Assembly: GCA_020721965.1 (NCBI GenBank)
Contig: DYLS01000004.1
Span: 9,091 to 73,090 of the forward strand
Direction: 5' to 3'
Source: Blastopirellula marina
GTDB taxonomy: Bacteria > Planctomycetota > Planctomycetia > Pirellulales > Thermoguttaceae
Length of the DNA: 64,000 bases
Below the pieces are notes generated by a model, which searched no databases, was not told the DNA's origin, and worked only from the letters and a program-made list of their open reading frames with translations. Each line of letters opens with the position of its first letter. Position 1 is the first letter of the stretch. Positions 49,204 through 58,190 of the stretch are shown in pieces. The translations under genes and the position numbers were made by a program.

Positions 49204-49893
49204 ATGAGAACGAGCGGTGTGATGGCTTTGATCGTGGGGCTCTGCTGGTACCTCCCAGCAACAGTCCAAGCTCAAGATGTGGATTGTGGTTCGCCCGGTC
49301 GCTGCGCGATCTGCGGCCAGCCCGGTCCGTGCCAACAAAAGATCTGCACCATCGAGTGTGGTGTGGAAAAGGTGAAGAAGTCGTGCTGGTGCGTGGAAGT
49401 GGTCGACATCTGCACGATGCGGCCGACACTGCCCGGCCACGGCCGATGCAATGACCCGGCTTGCGGCTGCGACCTGGGGCCGGATTGCGGCGGCGATTGC
49501 GGTGACGGCATTTCCTGCGGCAATTCGGGTTGCAACACGTGCGGTCGGTGTGGCCTACTCGGTGAATTGGGCAAGCGTCCCAATCCGGTCATCCCGCCGC
49601 AACCTGGCAAGGCCCGCACCATCAAGAAACTCGTCAAGAAAGAGTACGAGGTCGAAAAGCCGGTCTACAAGGCCGTCGTGAAATGGGTCTGTGCGGACTG
49701 CGTCACGGCCAAGGCTTGCGGTGATTGCGGCGTCAGCGAAAGCGGGCCGACCCCCGCCGTCGAGGAGAGCAAGCCGCTGCCGCAAGCTCCAGCACCGGAT
49801 CCGGCCCCGGCCGCGCCGGAGAAAAAAGAGGGAGATCAAGGCGCCAAACAAACGGCCCTTTTGGCTCCCTTGCCCCCACTGCCCCTCGATTGA
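49204..49893 (+). CDS. Exported cysteine-rich hypothetical protein with a Pro/Ala-rich tail
   Basis: AAGGAG RBS; signal peptide; many Cys (CxxC, CGxDC repeats); lysine-rich beta-like segment. Confidence 0.75.
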   Translation: MRTSGVMALIVGLCWYLPATVQAQDVDCGSPGRCAICGQPGPCQQKICTIECGVEKVKKSCWCVEVVDICTMRPTLPGHGRCNDPACGCDLGPDCGGDCGDGISCGNSGCNTCGRCGLLGELGKRPNPVIPPQPGKARTIKKLVKKEYEVEKPVYKAVVKWVCADCVTAKACGDCGVSESGPTPAVEESKPLPQAPAPDPAPAAPEKKEGDQGAKQTALLAPLPPLPLD

Positions 49894-49987
49894 GGCTTTA
49901 CCCGATTTCTGACCGCGAAACGGTCGGAACGCAGCCCCGCCGCGGTCCGTCCCAAGACAACCGCGGAAACCCATCCTGACATCTGGA

Positions 49988-50027
49988 ACCGGCGACCGAT
50001 TGCGAATCGGCGCCGGTCCTTTTGTTT
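49988..50027 (+). terminator. Intrinsic terminator-like hairpin
   Basis: ACCGGCG-a-CCGATT-gcg-AATCGG-CGCCGGT then CCTTTTGTTT. Confidence 0.6.
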
Positions 50028-50477
50028 ACGGCGGTAGTTGCCGAAGGTTTACAGCGGTAGCTGCCGACGGTGGCTCGCGCCCCCCCACTCCCCCGGTCAA
50101 ACGACAGCGAGGCAAGCGATTCCTTTTTCCCCGGTGGCCTACTCCCATTGCACACGCCCATTGAGGCACAACAAATAGCATTGACACCGACCCTTATACA
50201 CAACGTTTAGTGGCGTGCAATGAAGGTGGGGCACCACACTTTTTTCGCTCTTGCCAAAATTGCGGCATTGTCTTTCAATAAGGGGGCCTCGAGGATTGCC
50301 TCTTTCCCGCACCTTCGTTTTCCGCGATCTTTTGAGGTCGTGCAAGCTCGTAGCGATCGGACCGCCCGAAAGGTCCTGATCGCGGAGCGACGCTGTGCCC
50401 CCGGTCGCCCAATATCCGGACGGTAACGCGCGACCGTTGAGGAACGGATTCCGCTGGTCACTCAGGGAGGAGAGACG

Positions 50478-52538
50478 GTGCACGAACAGGCTCGTGATCG
50501 CGGCTGGCCCCCATTCCGCGGGGCAGCCTTCTTCATTTTGCCCGGCTTATTTGTTGGGTTGGGGACGGCCCTCGCCGGAACGCCTCATCCCCTGGCCGGT
50601 CAAACGGTGCTCCTCGATTTCTACGCCTCTTGGTGCGGCCCCTGCCGGAACATGATGCCCACCGTGGCCGAACTCGAGCGGTTGGGTTACCCCGTGCAGC
50701 GGATCGACGTAGATCGCCAGCGCGACCTGGCCCAGCAGCTCGGGGTACACTCCCTGCCCACTTTCGTGATGCTGGTGGACGGACAAGAGGCCGGGCGACT
50801 GATAGGGGGGCAACCACTCTCGTCGCTCATCGAGCTGTGCCGCCGCGCACCTCGTGCGAACACCGCGGCAGCCGCCCCCCAGTACACCAGCCCGCCCAAT
50901 GACCAGCACACCAGTTCGCCCAATGACCAGCACGCCGGATCGCCAAATGACCAGCGTACCGGACCGCCCAATGACTCGTCCAGCGATCGTCCCCCTGATC
51001 GCCGCACCGTCCCCGTGGAGGAAAATGCCACCCTGCCAGAGCTGATGCCGGGACTCCGCTACGCCTCCGCCGCGGAAGAAGATCTCACTGCGGCGACGGT
51101 ACGGATTCGGGTCGCCGATGCCTCGGGTCGCTCCACGGGGTCGGGCACCATCATCGACGCCCGGGGTGGCGAGGCCTTGATCCTGACTTGCGGCCACCTG
51201 TTCCGCGAATCGCAGGGCAAGGCACCCATCCGCGTGGATTTGTTCGGGACGCAGCCGGTTTCCGATCTGCCAGCTCAGTTGATCGACTACGACGACCGAT
51301 TGGACCTGGGACTCATCACGATCCGACCTCCCGCGCCGGTGGTGGCGGCCCGCGTCGCGCCCCCAGGCTTTCCTCTCTCCCAGGGTGATGCGATCTATTC
51401 GGTCGGCTGCAACGAGGGGAACCCTCCGACCTTACGGCAAGGAAAGATAACCACGCTCAACCGCTACCTCGGCCCAGCCAATATCGAGGCCTCCGGATCG
51501 CCTGTCACAGGCCGCAGCGGAGGGGGGCTGTTTTCCGCGGAAGGCTTTTTGATTGGCGTTTGTAATGCCGCCGATCCCGATCTGAACGAAGGCATCTACG
51601 CCGCGTTGAAGGAGATTCACCACCGGCTGGATCACCTGAATTTGAGCTTTGTGTATCGCGGGCGTCCCTTGGAGGCGGTAGCCGCGTCGCCACCCGCTCT
51701 GGCTCGAACGCCAGGCGTGGCAGCGGTCGAGGCGATCCAGGGGGACGTGGCAGCCGTGCTTGGAATACGCGCCGATGCCACCGCCAATGCCGGGAATCCG
51801 CCGGATTCTCCCCACGCCCAAGATATGGCGGCCACCACCGCCAGCGATTCCAACATGGCCCTCACCGAGGGGTTGAACCAAGAACGTGCCGCCGCGATTA
51901 CCACGCAAAACGGAATGCCGCTGCCGATTCCCTCGGACGAGCCTCCACTTCAGCCACTCCTTGGAATGAGGCGAAGCAATGCGGGCGATGCCACAGCCTC
52001 GTTGACACCGCCAACTCGCAGTCCCGCGCTCGGCTGGAACAACGTTGTCTTCACTCCGACGACACCCCACAGTCCCGTCACCCAAGGTGATCGCGTCGAG
52101 ACAGCGTCTTTCAATCCCGGTACCTCTTATAATCGCGATACGTCTGCTGCGAAAACTCCTCCCGCGACAGCGCAGCCGGGTGGAGTCGCTCTGACGGCCG
52201 AGGAACAAGCGACGCTGGACGAGATCGCCCGACGCCGCGCCCTGGGTTACGAAATCATCTGCATCGCGCGTCCCTCGAATTCCCAGGACAGCCCGAGTGA
52301 GGTAATCGTCCTGCGTGACGCCTCGCCAGCTTTTCTCGCGGCCCTCCAGCGTACGGAGGCAGCGCGGTCCCCAACGGGAGAGACCGGCTCGGCGCGACCA
52401 GCCCCGCCCGTCGCTATCGCAAACCAGACCGCATCCCCGGCAGCGTCGCGAGGTCGTGCCACCGCGGAACCCGATAAACTGCCCGCCGGCACCTCGCCCG
52501 TGCTCCCTGCGGTCGTTCTGCCCAGCCCAGCGAGGTAA
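50478..52538 (+). CDS. Exported thioredoxin-trypsin-like peptidase fusion protein
   Basis: GGAGGAG RBS + GTG; DFYASWCGPC; LILTCGHLF (His), DLGLI (Asp), TGRSGGGLF (Ser); 8-aa repeats TSPPNDQH (24-bp x4, about 50886-50980); long low-complexity C-half. Confidence 0.88.
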   Translation: MHEQARDRGWPPFRGAAFFILPGLFVGLGTALAGTPHPLAGQTVLLDFYASWCGPCRNMMPTVAELERLGYPVQRIDVDRQRDLAQQLGVHSLPTFVMLVDGQEAGRLIGGQPLSSLIELCRRAPRANTAAAAPQYTSPPNDQHTSSPNDQHAGSPNDQRTGPPNDSSSDRPPDRRTVPVEENATLPELMPGLRYASAAEEDLTAATVRIRVADASGRSTGSGTIIDARGGEALILTCGHLFRESQGKAPIRVDLFGTQPVSDLPAQLIDYDDRLDLGLITIRPPAPVVAARVAPPGFPLSQGDAIYSVGCNEGNPPTLRQGKITTLNRYLGPANIEASGSPVTGRSGGGLFSAEGFLIGVCNAADPDLNEGIYAALKEIHHRLDHLNLSFVYRGRPLEAVAASPPALARTPGVAAVEAIQGDVAAVLGIRADATANAGNPPDSPHAQDMAATTASDSNMALTEGLNQERAAAITTQNGMPLPIPSDEPPLQPLLGMRRSNAGDATASLTPPTRSPALGWNNVVFTPTTPHSPVTQGDRVETASFNPGTSYNRDTSAAKTPPATAQPGGVALTAEEQATLDEIARRRALGYEIICIARPSNSQDSPSEVIVLRDASPAFLAALQRTEAARSPTGETGSARPAPPVAIANQTASPAASRGRATAEPDKLPAGTSPVLPAVVLPSPAR

Positions 52539-52556
52539 CCCAATGTTCTGCTCGCC

Positions 52557-52706
52557 GTAATCGTACACGGAAACATGCGGAAAACGCCCCGTGTTCACGA
52601 GGCGTGTGGCAAAAACGCCCTGCCCATTGCTGCCCACGGCTGAAAGAAACCACAAGATATTGTGGCCGATACGGCGAGAAACCCCGAATGTTCCGTGAAC
52701 GGTTAC
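52557..52706. mobile_element. MITE family A, 150-bp copy
   Basis: GTAATCGTACACGG (52557) ... ACCCCGAATGTTCCGTGAACGGTTAC (52706); 26/27 identity of 52681-52707 with 42780-42806; flanks TGCTCGCC / TTCGCACC (5/8). Confidence 0.85.
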
Positions 52707-52726
52707 TTCGCACCGAACGAGCGTAT

Positions 52727-53545
52727 TCAACCTGAGGCTGGAGGGGCTGATCCTCGCGGGGAGCAGGCCACGACCCAGCCGTTGGCCCGAATCGACCCGA
52801 AGAACCAGGGGGCGGCGAGTGGCCCGTTGCGATCCACGCTGAGCGGCACCGCCTGCTTGATGGCCAGGTCCGCGGACGATAGATCGCGTCGCAACTCACG
52901 CCAGGTGAAGGCGTGAACGAAGACGTTCGCCACGCCGTGATACTCGAAGAATCGATCGCCGAAATCCCCACGGCGCAGGAAGGTCGTCCGCAGCCAGTGC
53001 GGCCACAACCACTCCCTGCCGGCGGCAGTCAACAGGTTGTGCCACACATTGTGGACGTGCAGGATAAACGTTCCGCCCGGCTTCAAGATGCGGCGGACAT
53101 GCCGCAGCACGGTTCGGCGATGTTCGCGGCCGTGAATCATCCCCAGCGTGCTAAAAAGGCATAAAACATAGTCGGCAGACCGGTCTGCCAGGCACCCCAG
53201 CTCCACCACGTTGGCCTGAACGGCATGAACGGCGACGTTCGCTGCCCGGGCCTTGGTCCGTACAATCCGCAGCATGTGGGGTGAAAGGTCCACGCCCACC
53301 GCAAAAAATCCTCGCTTGGCCAGGGGCAACAAGGCTCTGCCCGTCCCGCAGCCCAGGTCCACCACGACGCCGGGTTTGCGAAAGTGCCGGGCGATGACTT
53401 GTTCATCAAACAGAAAGAGGTGACTGCCCGCGATCGTGTCGTCGTATTCTTCGGCGATGTACGGGGCGTGGGCATACTCCCAAACACCCCTTGCCACCCC
53501 CGGTGGAAGGAGCCATTCCGGACGAGATTCCCGACTTCCGGTCAC
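52727..53545 (-). CDS. Class I SAM-dependent methyltransferase
   Basis: VVDLGCGTGR, VGVDLSPHML, CLFSTLGMI, RRILKPGG. GTG at 53545 with a GGAG RBS. Confidence 0.92.
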   Translation of the reverse strand: MTGSRESRPEWLLPPGVARGVWEYAHAPYIAEEYDDTIAGSHLFLFDEQVIARHFRKPGVVVDLGCGTGRALLPLAKRGFFAVGVDLSPHMLRIVRTKARAANVAVHAVQANVVELGCLADRSADYVLCLFSTLGMIHGREHRRTVLRHVRRILKPGGTFILHVHNVWHNLLTAAGREWLWPHWLRTTFLRRGDFGDRFFEYHGVANVFVHAFTWRELRRDLSSADLAIKQAVPLSVDRNGPLAAPWFFGSIRANGWVVACSPRGSAPPASG

Positions 53546-54048
53546 CGCCGCGCTCCGTTGATTCGATGAGATTTCATGATCAGGAAAAGCCGATCCCAAG
53601 ATATGATCCACTCGACTGGATCATCTGCCCAGGTCCCGCAAAAGCCAGGAGCAAGCCACTCTTCCATCGCAAGTTTGGCCCGCAAATCCGCGATTCTCGC
53701 CACCGCCCGATAAATCCTCCAACCGGCCCATCCATTCCGAGTCTAGGCAAACAACCGTTTTATTCGAGTCCGCGTCTGCGGGCAACCGCACGGCCATCCC
53801 GACTAGCGCCCTCACCGATACACAACTTCCGTGACGATTGCCCGACACCCAGGCTTTGTCGCAAGGCCAAACTAGCGAAGCCGTCTCATTTTCCTGTAAG
53901 ATTCTCATTTTCCGGCAAGCTATATCCGGTATGATATGTATATATATGTATCGATGCGATTGGAGATCGCCTGTCGCCAAGGGTTGGTCTGTCGATCTTG
54001 GTAATTCGCATACGGCGTGGGATCTCCGCGTATTGCGAGGGGTGAAGG

Positions 54049-56112
54049 TTGTCCGACATCGCTTATCTCGTCATCCGGGAAGGTTCCAAATGGACCGATG
54101 TATTTCGTCTGGTGCCAGGCCAGGTGATTACGATCGGTCGTGCCCCCACGAACCAAATCATCATCAAGGACGACCGCTGTAGCCGCAGCCATGCCGAAAT
54201 ATTTCTCTCCGACGGTCGCTGGGTGATACGCGATCTGGAAAGTCGCAACGGGACGGCGGTTGGCACACAGTTGATCAAGAAGGATTGGCCACTGGAATCC
54301 GGCGACGTGATCCGGATCGGCCGCTCGCAATTGGTCTTCGTGCGGAATCTGAGTGACGCCTTTCCGGAAGGAGGCACGATCCCTGGCCGTGAAGCGGTGG
54401 AGCTGCCCGCCGCCTCGGAGGCCCCCTCCGAAAGCGACATCGACGTATTGGGAGGCTACGAACCCACCACCATCACGCATCGGCGGACCCGGACATCGCT
54501 GCTGGAGGCGGGCGAGGAAAGCGAGCCCCCCCAGGCCGAGTCGGGGCGGGCCGCGGCCCGACTTTGCCGACTGGCCTTCGAGATGGGGAAGGCCCCCGAC
54601 GCCCCCTCCATCGCCGCCTTGGCCCTCGACGTGCTCTTCGAAATGACCCACGCTGACGGAGCGGGCGTGCTCCTGCGGCCGCGCGGTTCCGGGCAAATTG
54701 CGGGCGGGAGCGATCTCAAGCTGGTGGCCTCGAAGACCCGCTCGCAATGGGCCTATCACCGCGTGTCCAACTTTTTGGCGGCGACCGTGCTCCGCGAAGG
54801 AGAGGCCGTCCTGGCTCGCAACGTGCTCAACGACAGTGCCATCGGCAGCCGCGACAGCCAGGGCGAGATCCACGCCGCAAGCGTCATCTGCGCACCCATT
54901 CGCCGCGGCACCGAGACGCTGGGACTGATCCACCTCTACACGACGGACGCTAACGCCGCATTTACTCCCGACAATTTGGAATTCACTTTGGCGGTAGCCG
55001 AAACGGCGGCCGTGGCCCTCAACAATCTCAACCGGCAAGAGGAATTGGCGGAGAACCTGACCCAGGTCCGGAACGAGAATGTTCAGCTTCGCGAGCGGCT
55101 CGGTGCGCAGAGCGAGCTGGTGGGCCGCAGTCCGGCGATCCGCGCCATTAGCGATGAAATCGCCCGCGCCGCCGCCACCCGTGCCACGGTCTTGATTCGT
55201 GGGGAAAGCGGCGTTGGCAAGGAGTTGGTCGCGCGTGCCGTCCACTTTTCCAGCCCCCGCAAGGCCGGCCCCTTCGTCTGCATCAATTGCGCGGCCCTGT
55301 CCGAGGAGTTATTGGCCAGCGAATTGTTCGGCCACGAAAAGGGATCCTTCACCGGGGCCTTCGAGCGCAAAATCGGCAAGTTCGAGCTGGCTCACCAGGG
55401 CACCCTGATGCTGGACGAGATCGGCGAAATGAGCCCCGGCATCCAGGCCAAGTTCCTCCGCGTGCTGGAGGGGCACCCCTTCGAACGGCTGGGCGGCAGC
55501 AAGCCCATCCAGGTTGACGTCCGCGTCATCGCCGCCACCAATCGCGATCTGGAAAAAGAGGTCATTCAAGGACGATTCCGCCGCGATCTCTTCTTCCGCC
55601 TGCGCGTCCTCGAGATCGTCGTGCCACCTTTGCGAAAGCGGCTCGACGATGTGCCCGAGTTGGCCTACTACTTCCTCAACAAGTTCCGCGAGGAAACCGG
55701 CCGGAAAATCAAGGGCTTCACCCCCGCCGCCATGGATCGCCTTACCGCCTACCGCTGGCCGGGGAACGTTCGCGAACTCAAGAACGTGATAGAACGGGCC
55801 GTCGTACTCTGCCGCGGCAACCTGATCGATGCCGACGACCTGCTCCTCTCCAATCTGGCCACAACCGGCGACACCGCCGACGCTGTGCTCCAGGAACGCG
55901 GCTATCGCCCTTGTTCCTTGGCGGACATGGAGCGCGCCCACATCCTGAATACACTGCGACACACAGGCTGGAACAAGAGCCGTGCCGCGTATATCCTGGG
56001 CATCGAGCGATCCACGCTGGATCGCAAGATCCGACGTTACAATTTGGAACCGCAGGAGCGGTCCAGCACGCCGCCTGCTCACCCCGCCGCGCCACCTCCT
56101 GATTCCCATTGA
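54049..56112 (+). CDS. Sigma54-dependent enhancer-binding protein, FHA-GAF-AAA+-HTH
   Basis: FHA ([21 protein letters not shown]), GAF (SVICAPI..LGLIHL), [36 protein letters not shown], Fis-type HTH ([20 protein letters not shown]). Confidence 0.95.
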   Translation: MSDIAYLVIREGSKWTDVFRLVPGQVITIGRAPTNQIIIKDDRCSRSHAEIFLSDGRWVIRDLESRNGTAVGTQLIKKDWPLESGDVIRIGRSQLVFVRNLSDAFPEGGTIPGREAVELPAASEAPSESDIDVLGGYEPTTITHRRTRTSLLEAGEESEPPQAESGRAAARLCRLAFEMGKAPDAPSIAALALDVLFEMTHADGAGVLLRPRGSGQIAGGSDLKLVASKTRSQWAYHRVSNFLAATVLREGEAVLARNVLNDSAIGSRDSQGEIHAASVICAPIRRGTETLGLIHLYTTDANAAFTPDNLEFTLAVAETAAVALNNLNRQEELAENLTQVRNENVQLRERLGAQSELVGRSPAIRAISDEIARAAATRATVLIRGESGVGKELVARAVHFSSPRKAGPFVCINCAALSEELLASELFGHEKGSFTGAFERKIGKFELAHQGTLMLDEIGEMSPGIQAKFLRVLEGHPFERLGGSKPIQVDVRVIAATNRDLEKEVIQGRFRRDLFFRLRVLEIVVPPLRKRLDDVPELAYYFLNKFREETGRKIKGFTPAAMDRLTAYRWPGNVRELKNVIERAVVLCRGNLIDADDLLLSNLATTGDTADAVLQERGYRPCSLADMERAHILNTLRHTGWNKSRAAYILGIERSTLDRKIRRYNLEPQERSSTPPAHPAAPPPDSH

Positions 56113-56319
56113 AGCGGCCCGCGTTCGCACGCCACCGCCGACTTTTGAAGCCAGGCCGGCGACTTTTGAAGCCAGAACGGTCTTACCCTGCGGAGGAACG
56201 TCCGAGACCTCAGCCTATCGGGGACGCTCAGCGGAAGCGACCCACCTATCTTCCAAACCCTTTTTTGACACGAACCTTTCTGGACGTATTTTAGCCCAAA
56301 CTTCCCGGACGAATTTTTA

Positions 56320-56497
56320 CGTAAATCGTTACTGCGTAAAGACTTCCTGTTGATTTACACTGCTTGTCGTAGTCATGTAATGGTTTTTCATAAGTTCTTG
56401 TCCCGTAATGAGTTGCGTGATTCACCTTGTACTCAGAAAACGGTCGGAGAATCAGCGTGCTCAATTGACGTAAATCATGGTCTTGCAATCACTTGCA
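56320..56497. repeat. Three 29-bp imperfect palindromes (11-7-11)
   Basis: CGTAAATCGTT-actgcgt-AAAGACTTCCT (56320-56348); CATAAGTTCTT-gtcccgt-AATGAGTTGCG (56389-56417); CGTAAATCATG-gtcttgc-AATCACTTGCA (56469-56497). Confidence 0.55.
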
Positions 56498-56752
56498 ATT
56501 AGAGCGTGCCTACCTCGCGCGCGGGGGGGTTAACGCCCCGCTAGTTCGCAGGAGGAAGTTTGGTTTAAGTGCACGGAAGCTTTGACAGGCCGATCCGAAC
56601 AATTACCATTGGCTAGTTGAAGGCGGGCTGAGTCGTGAGTTGAAGGCTGGCTGAGTTGCGGTGCAGCGTCGTCTCGCGATGTTCCCACAACCAGCGGTCG
56701 AGGATCGCACAGCCGCCGAGGACCGCATGACGCCTTGGGCTGATTTTACGCG

Positions 56753-57874
56753 ATGCAGGGGGTGGATGACATGGGGCACTTTTCGGCGCGATCGTTTCTT
56801 ACCATTGTTTGTACCAGGCAACGGGTTCGTGCCAGGCACGGGAGAAAATCGGGCTTGCGATGGGCCGTCGCAGGAGTATGCGTGGCATTGGTGGTGGTCG
56901 GCGGCGTCCCCGCTGAACTTGAAGCACGAGAGGATTCCGGTCCGCAATCGGCGGCGACTCCACGCCCTGCCACAGGCACGACTCCATCGATCTCGCCGGA
57001 CGATCCAATCCAACTCCGCGATGCCGTGGCATACCAAATCTCGATGGGACGATCTCTAGAAGTAACCTGCGACCAGATTCAACGGCACTCCCCGGGGATT
57101 GCCGGCTCAAATTCCCCCCCGCTTGCCAGCCTCGTCACCGCGACATACGAAGATCTCACCGCAACACCTCCTCCACCTCCTCAGCGTCCCCGGGCGATGG
57201 CCCTGATTGGCGACCGCTACCATCATCCTGGGTACATCCGCCCACCACTCGAAGCTGTCTGCCAAAAAGTCGGCGTGGCGTCTGTCTTCATTTACGACGT
57301 GCGCCTGCTCAACAAAACGATCCTCCGCGACTACGACCTCCTGATTGTCTTACGTGACGGCATGCTCTGGCCCTCCCCAACCGAGGATGACGAGTTCGGA
57401 AAGCAACGAGTCTTTTGGCTGACCCCGGATCAAGAGGTGGCAATCGCCTCTTACGTATCCCATGGTGGCGCGTACTTGGCGCTCCACAACGCCACGGCCC
57501 TCAAGGGTCTGAACGATACGGATTCCTTGTACTCCCAAGTGCTGGGCGCCACCTACGCCGGTCATGGGAAGGTGGACGAGTGCTACCGGGTCCGCGTGAC
57601 CGAGCCAGGCCACCCCGTCGCTCAACATGTCAACGACTACACGATCACCGACGAACGACACTGGCCGACCCTTCATGTTCAAGACGCCCAGGTCTTTCTA
57701 GAGGCCGTTTGCACCGACCGGCGGTCCATTCACGGATTTACCCGGTTGTACGGCCAAGGCCGCGTGTGCTACCTCGCAAACGGCCATCATCGGGGGGCTT
57801 TGGAAGCCCAACCCGTGCAACAATTGTTGGAGAACGCCATCCGGTGGTGCCTCAAGGGGCCGGGCGCTGAGTAG
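56753..57874 (+). CDS. Exported ThuA-like (class I glutamine amidotransferase-like fold) protein
   Basis: ALIGDRYHHP, GGAYLALHNA, VLGATYAGH, TDERH, YGQGRVCYLANGH. Start uncertain. Confidence 0.75.
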   Translation: MQGVDDMGHFSARSFLTIVCTRQRVRARHGRKSGLRWAVAGVCVALVVVGGVPAELEAREDSGPQSAATPRPATGTTPSISPDDPIQLRDAVAYQISMGRSLEVTCDQIQRHSPGIAGSNSPPLASLVTATYEDLTATPPPPPQRPRAMALIGDRYHHPGYIRPPLEAVCQKVGVASVFIYDVRLLNKTILRDYDLLIVLRDGMLWPSPTEDDEFGKQRVFWLTPDQEVAIASYVSHGGAYLALHNATALKGLNDTDSLYSQVLGATYAGHGKVDECYRVRVTEPGHPVAQHVNDYTITDERHWPTLHVQDAQVFLEAVCTDRRSIHGFTRLYGQGRVCYLANGHHRGALEAQPVQQLLENAIRWCLKGPGAE

Positions 57875-58190
57875 CAGTCCCCGGGGCAAAACCTGATAAC
57901 GGATGCCGGGATGCGACAAAGCGACAAAGATGCCGCAGATCACGAGTCGGCGGCCCCTTTCAGCACGGCTCCTCCCAGGGAACTAAGCCGCAATTGCAAT
58001 AGGCGGGTAAAACATCCAAGAAACCCGCTCCTTCTGCCGATTTCTACCTCTTGACAAATCCAGGCCACATAGCAATGATTTTGAAGATCATCAACATCAC
58101 CGGCTGTCGCAGGCCGACCCGCGAGTCGGAGCACGGGCAACGAAGGGATATGGCGCCTGAGGGCCGGTGAGGTGAAGGACGCTAACATCT

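Noticed and set aside
47531-49429. 632-aa minus-strand ORF
   Set aside because: Antisense shadow of the OprO/P porin; no recognisable motifs, typical of high-GC open frames.
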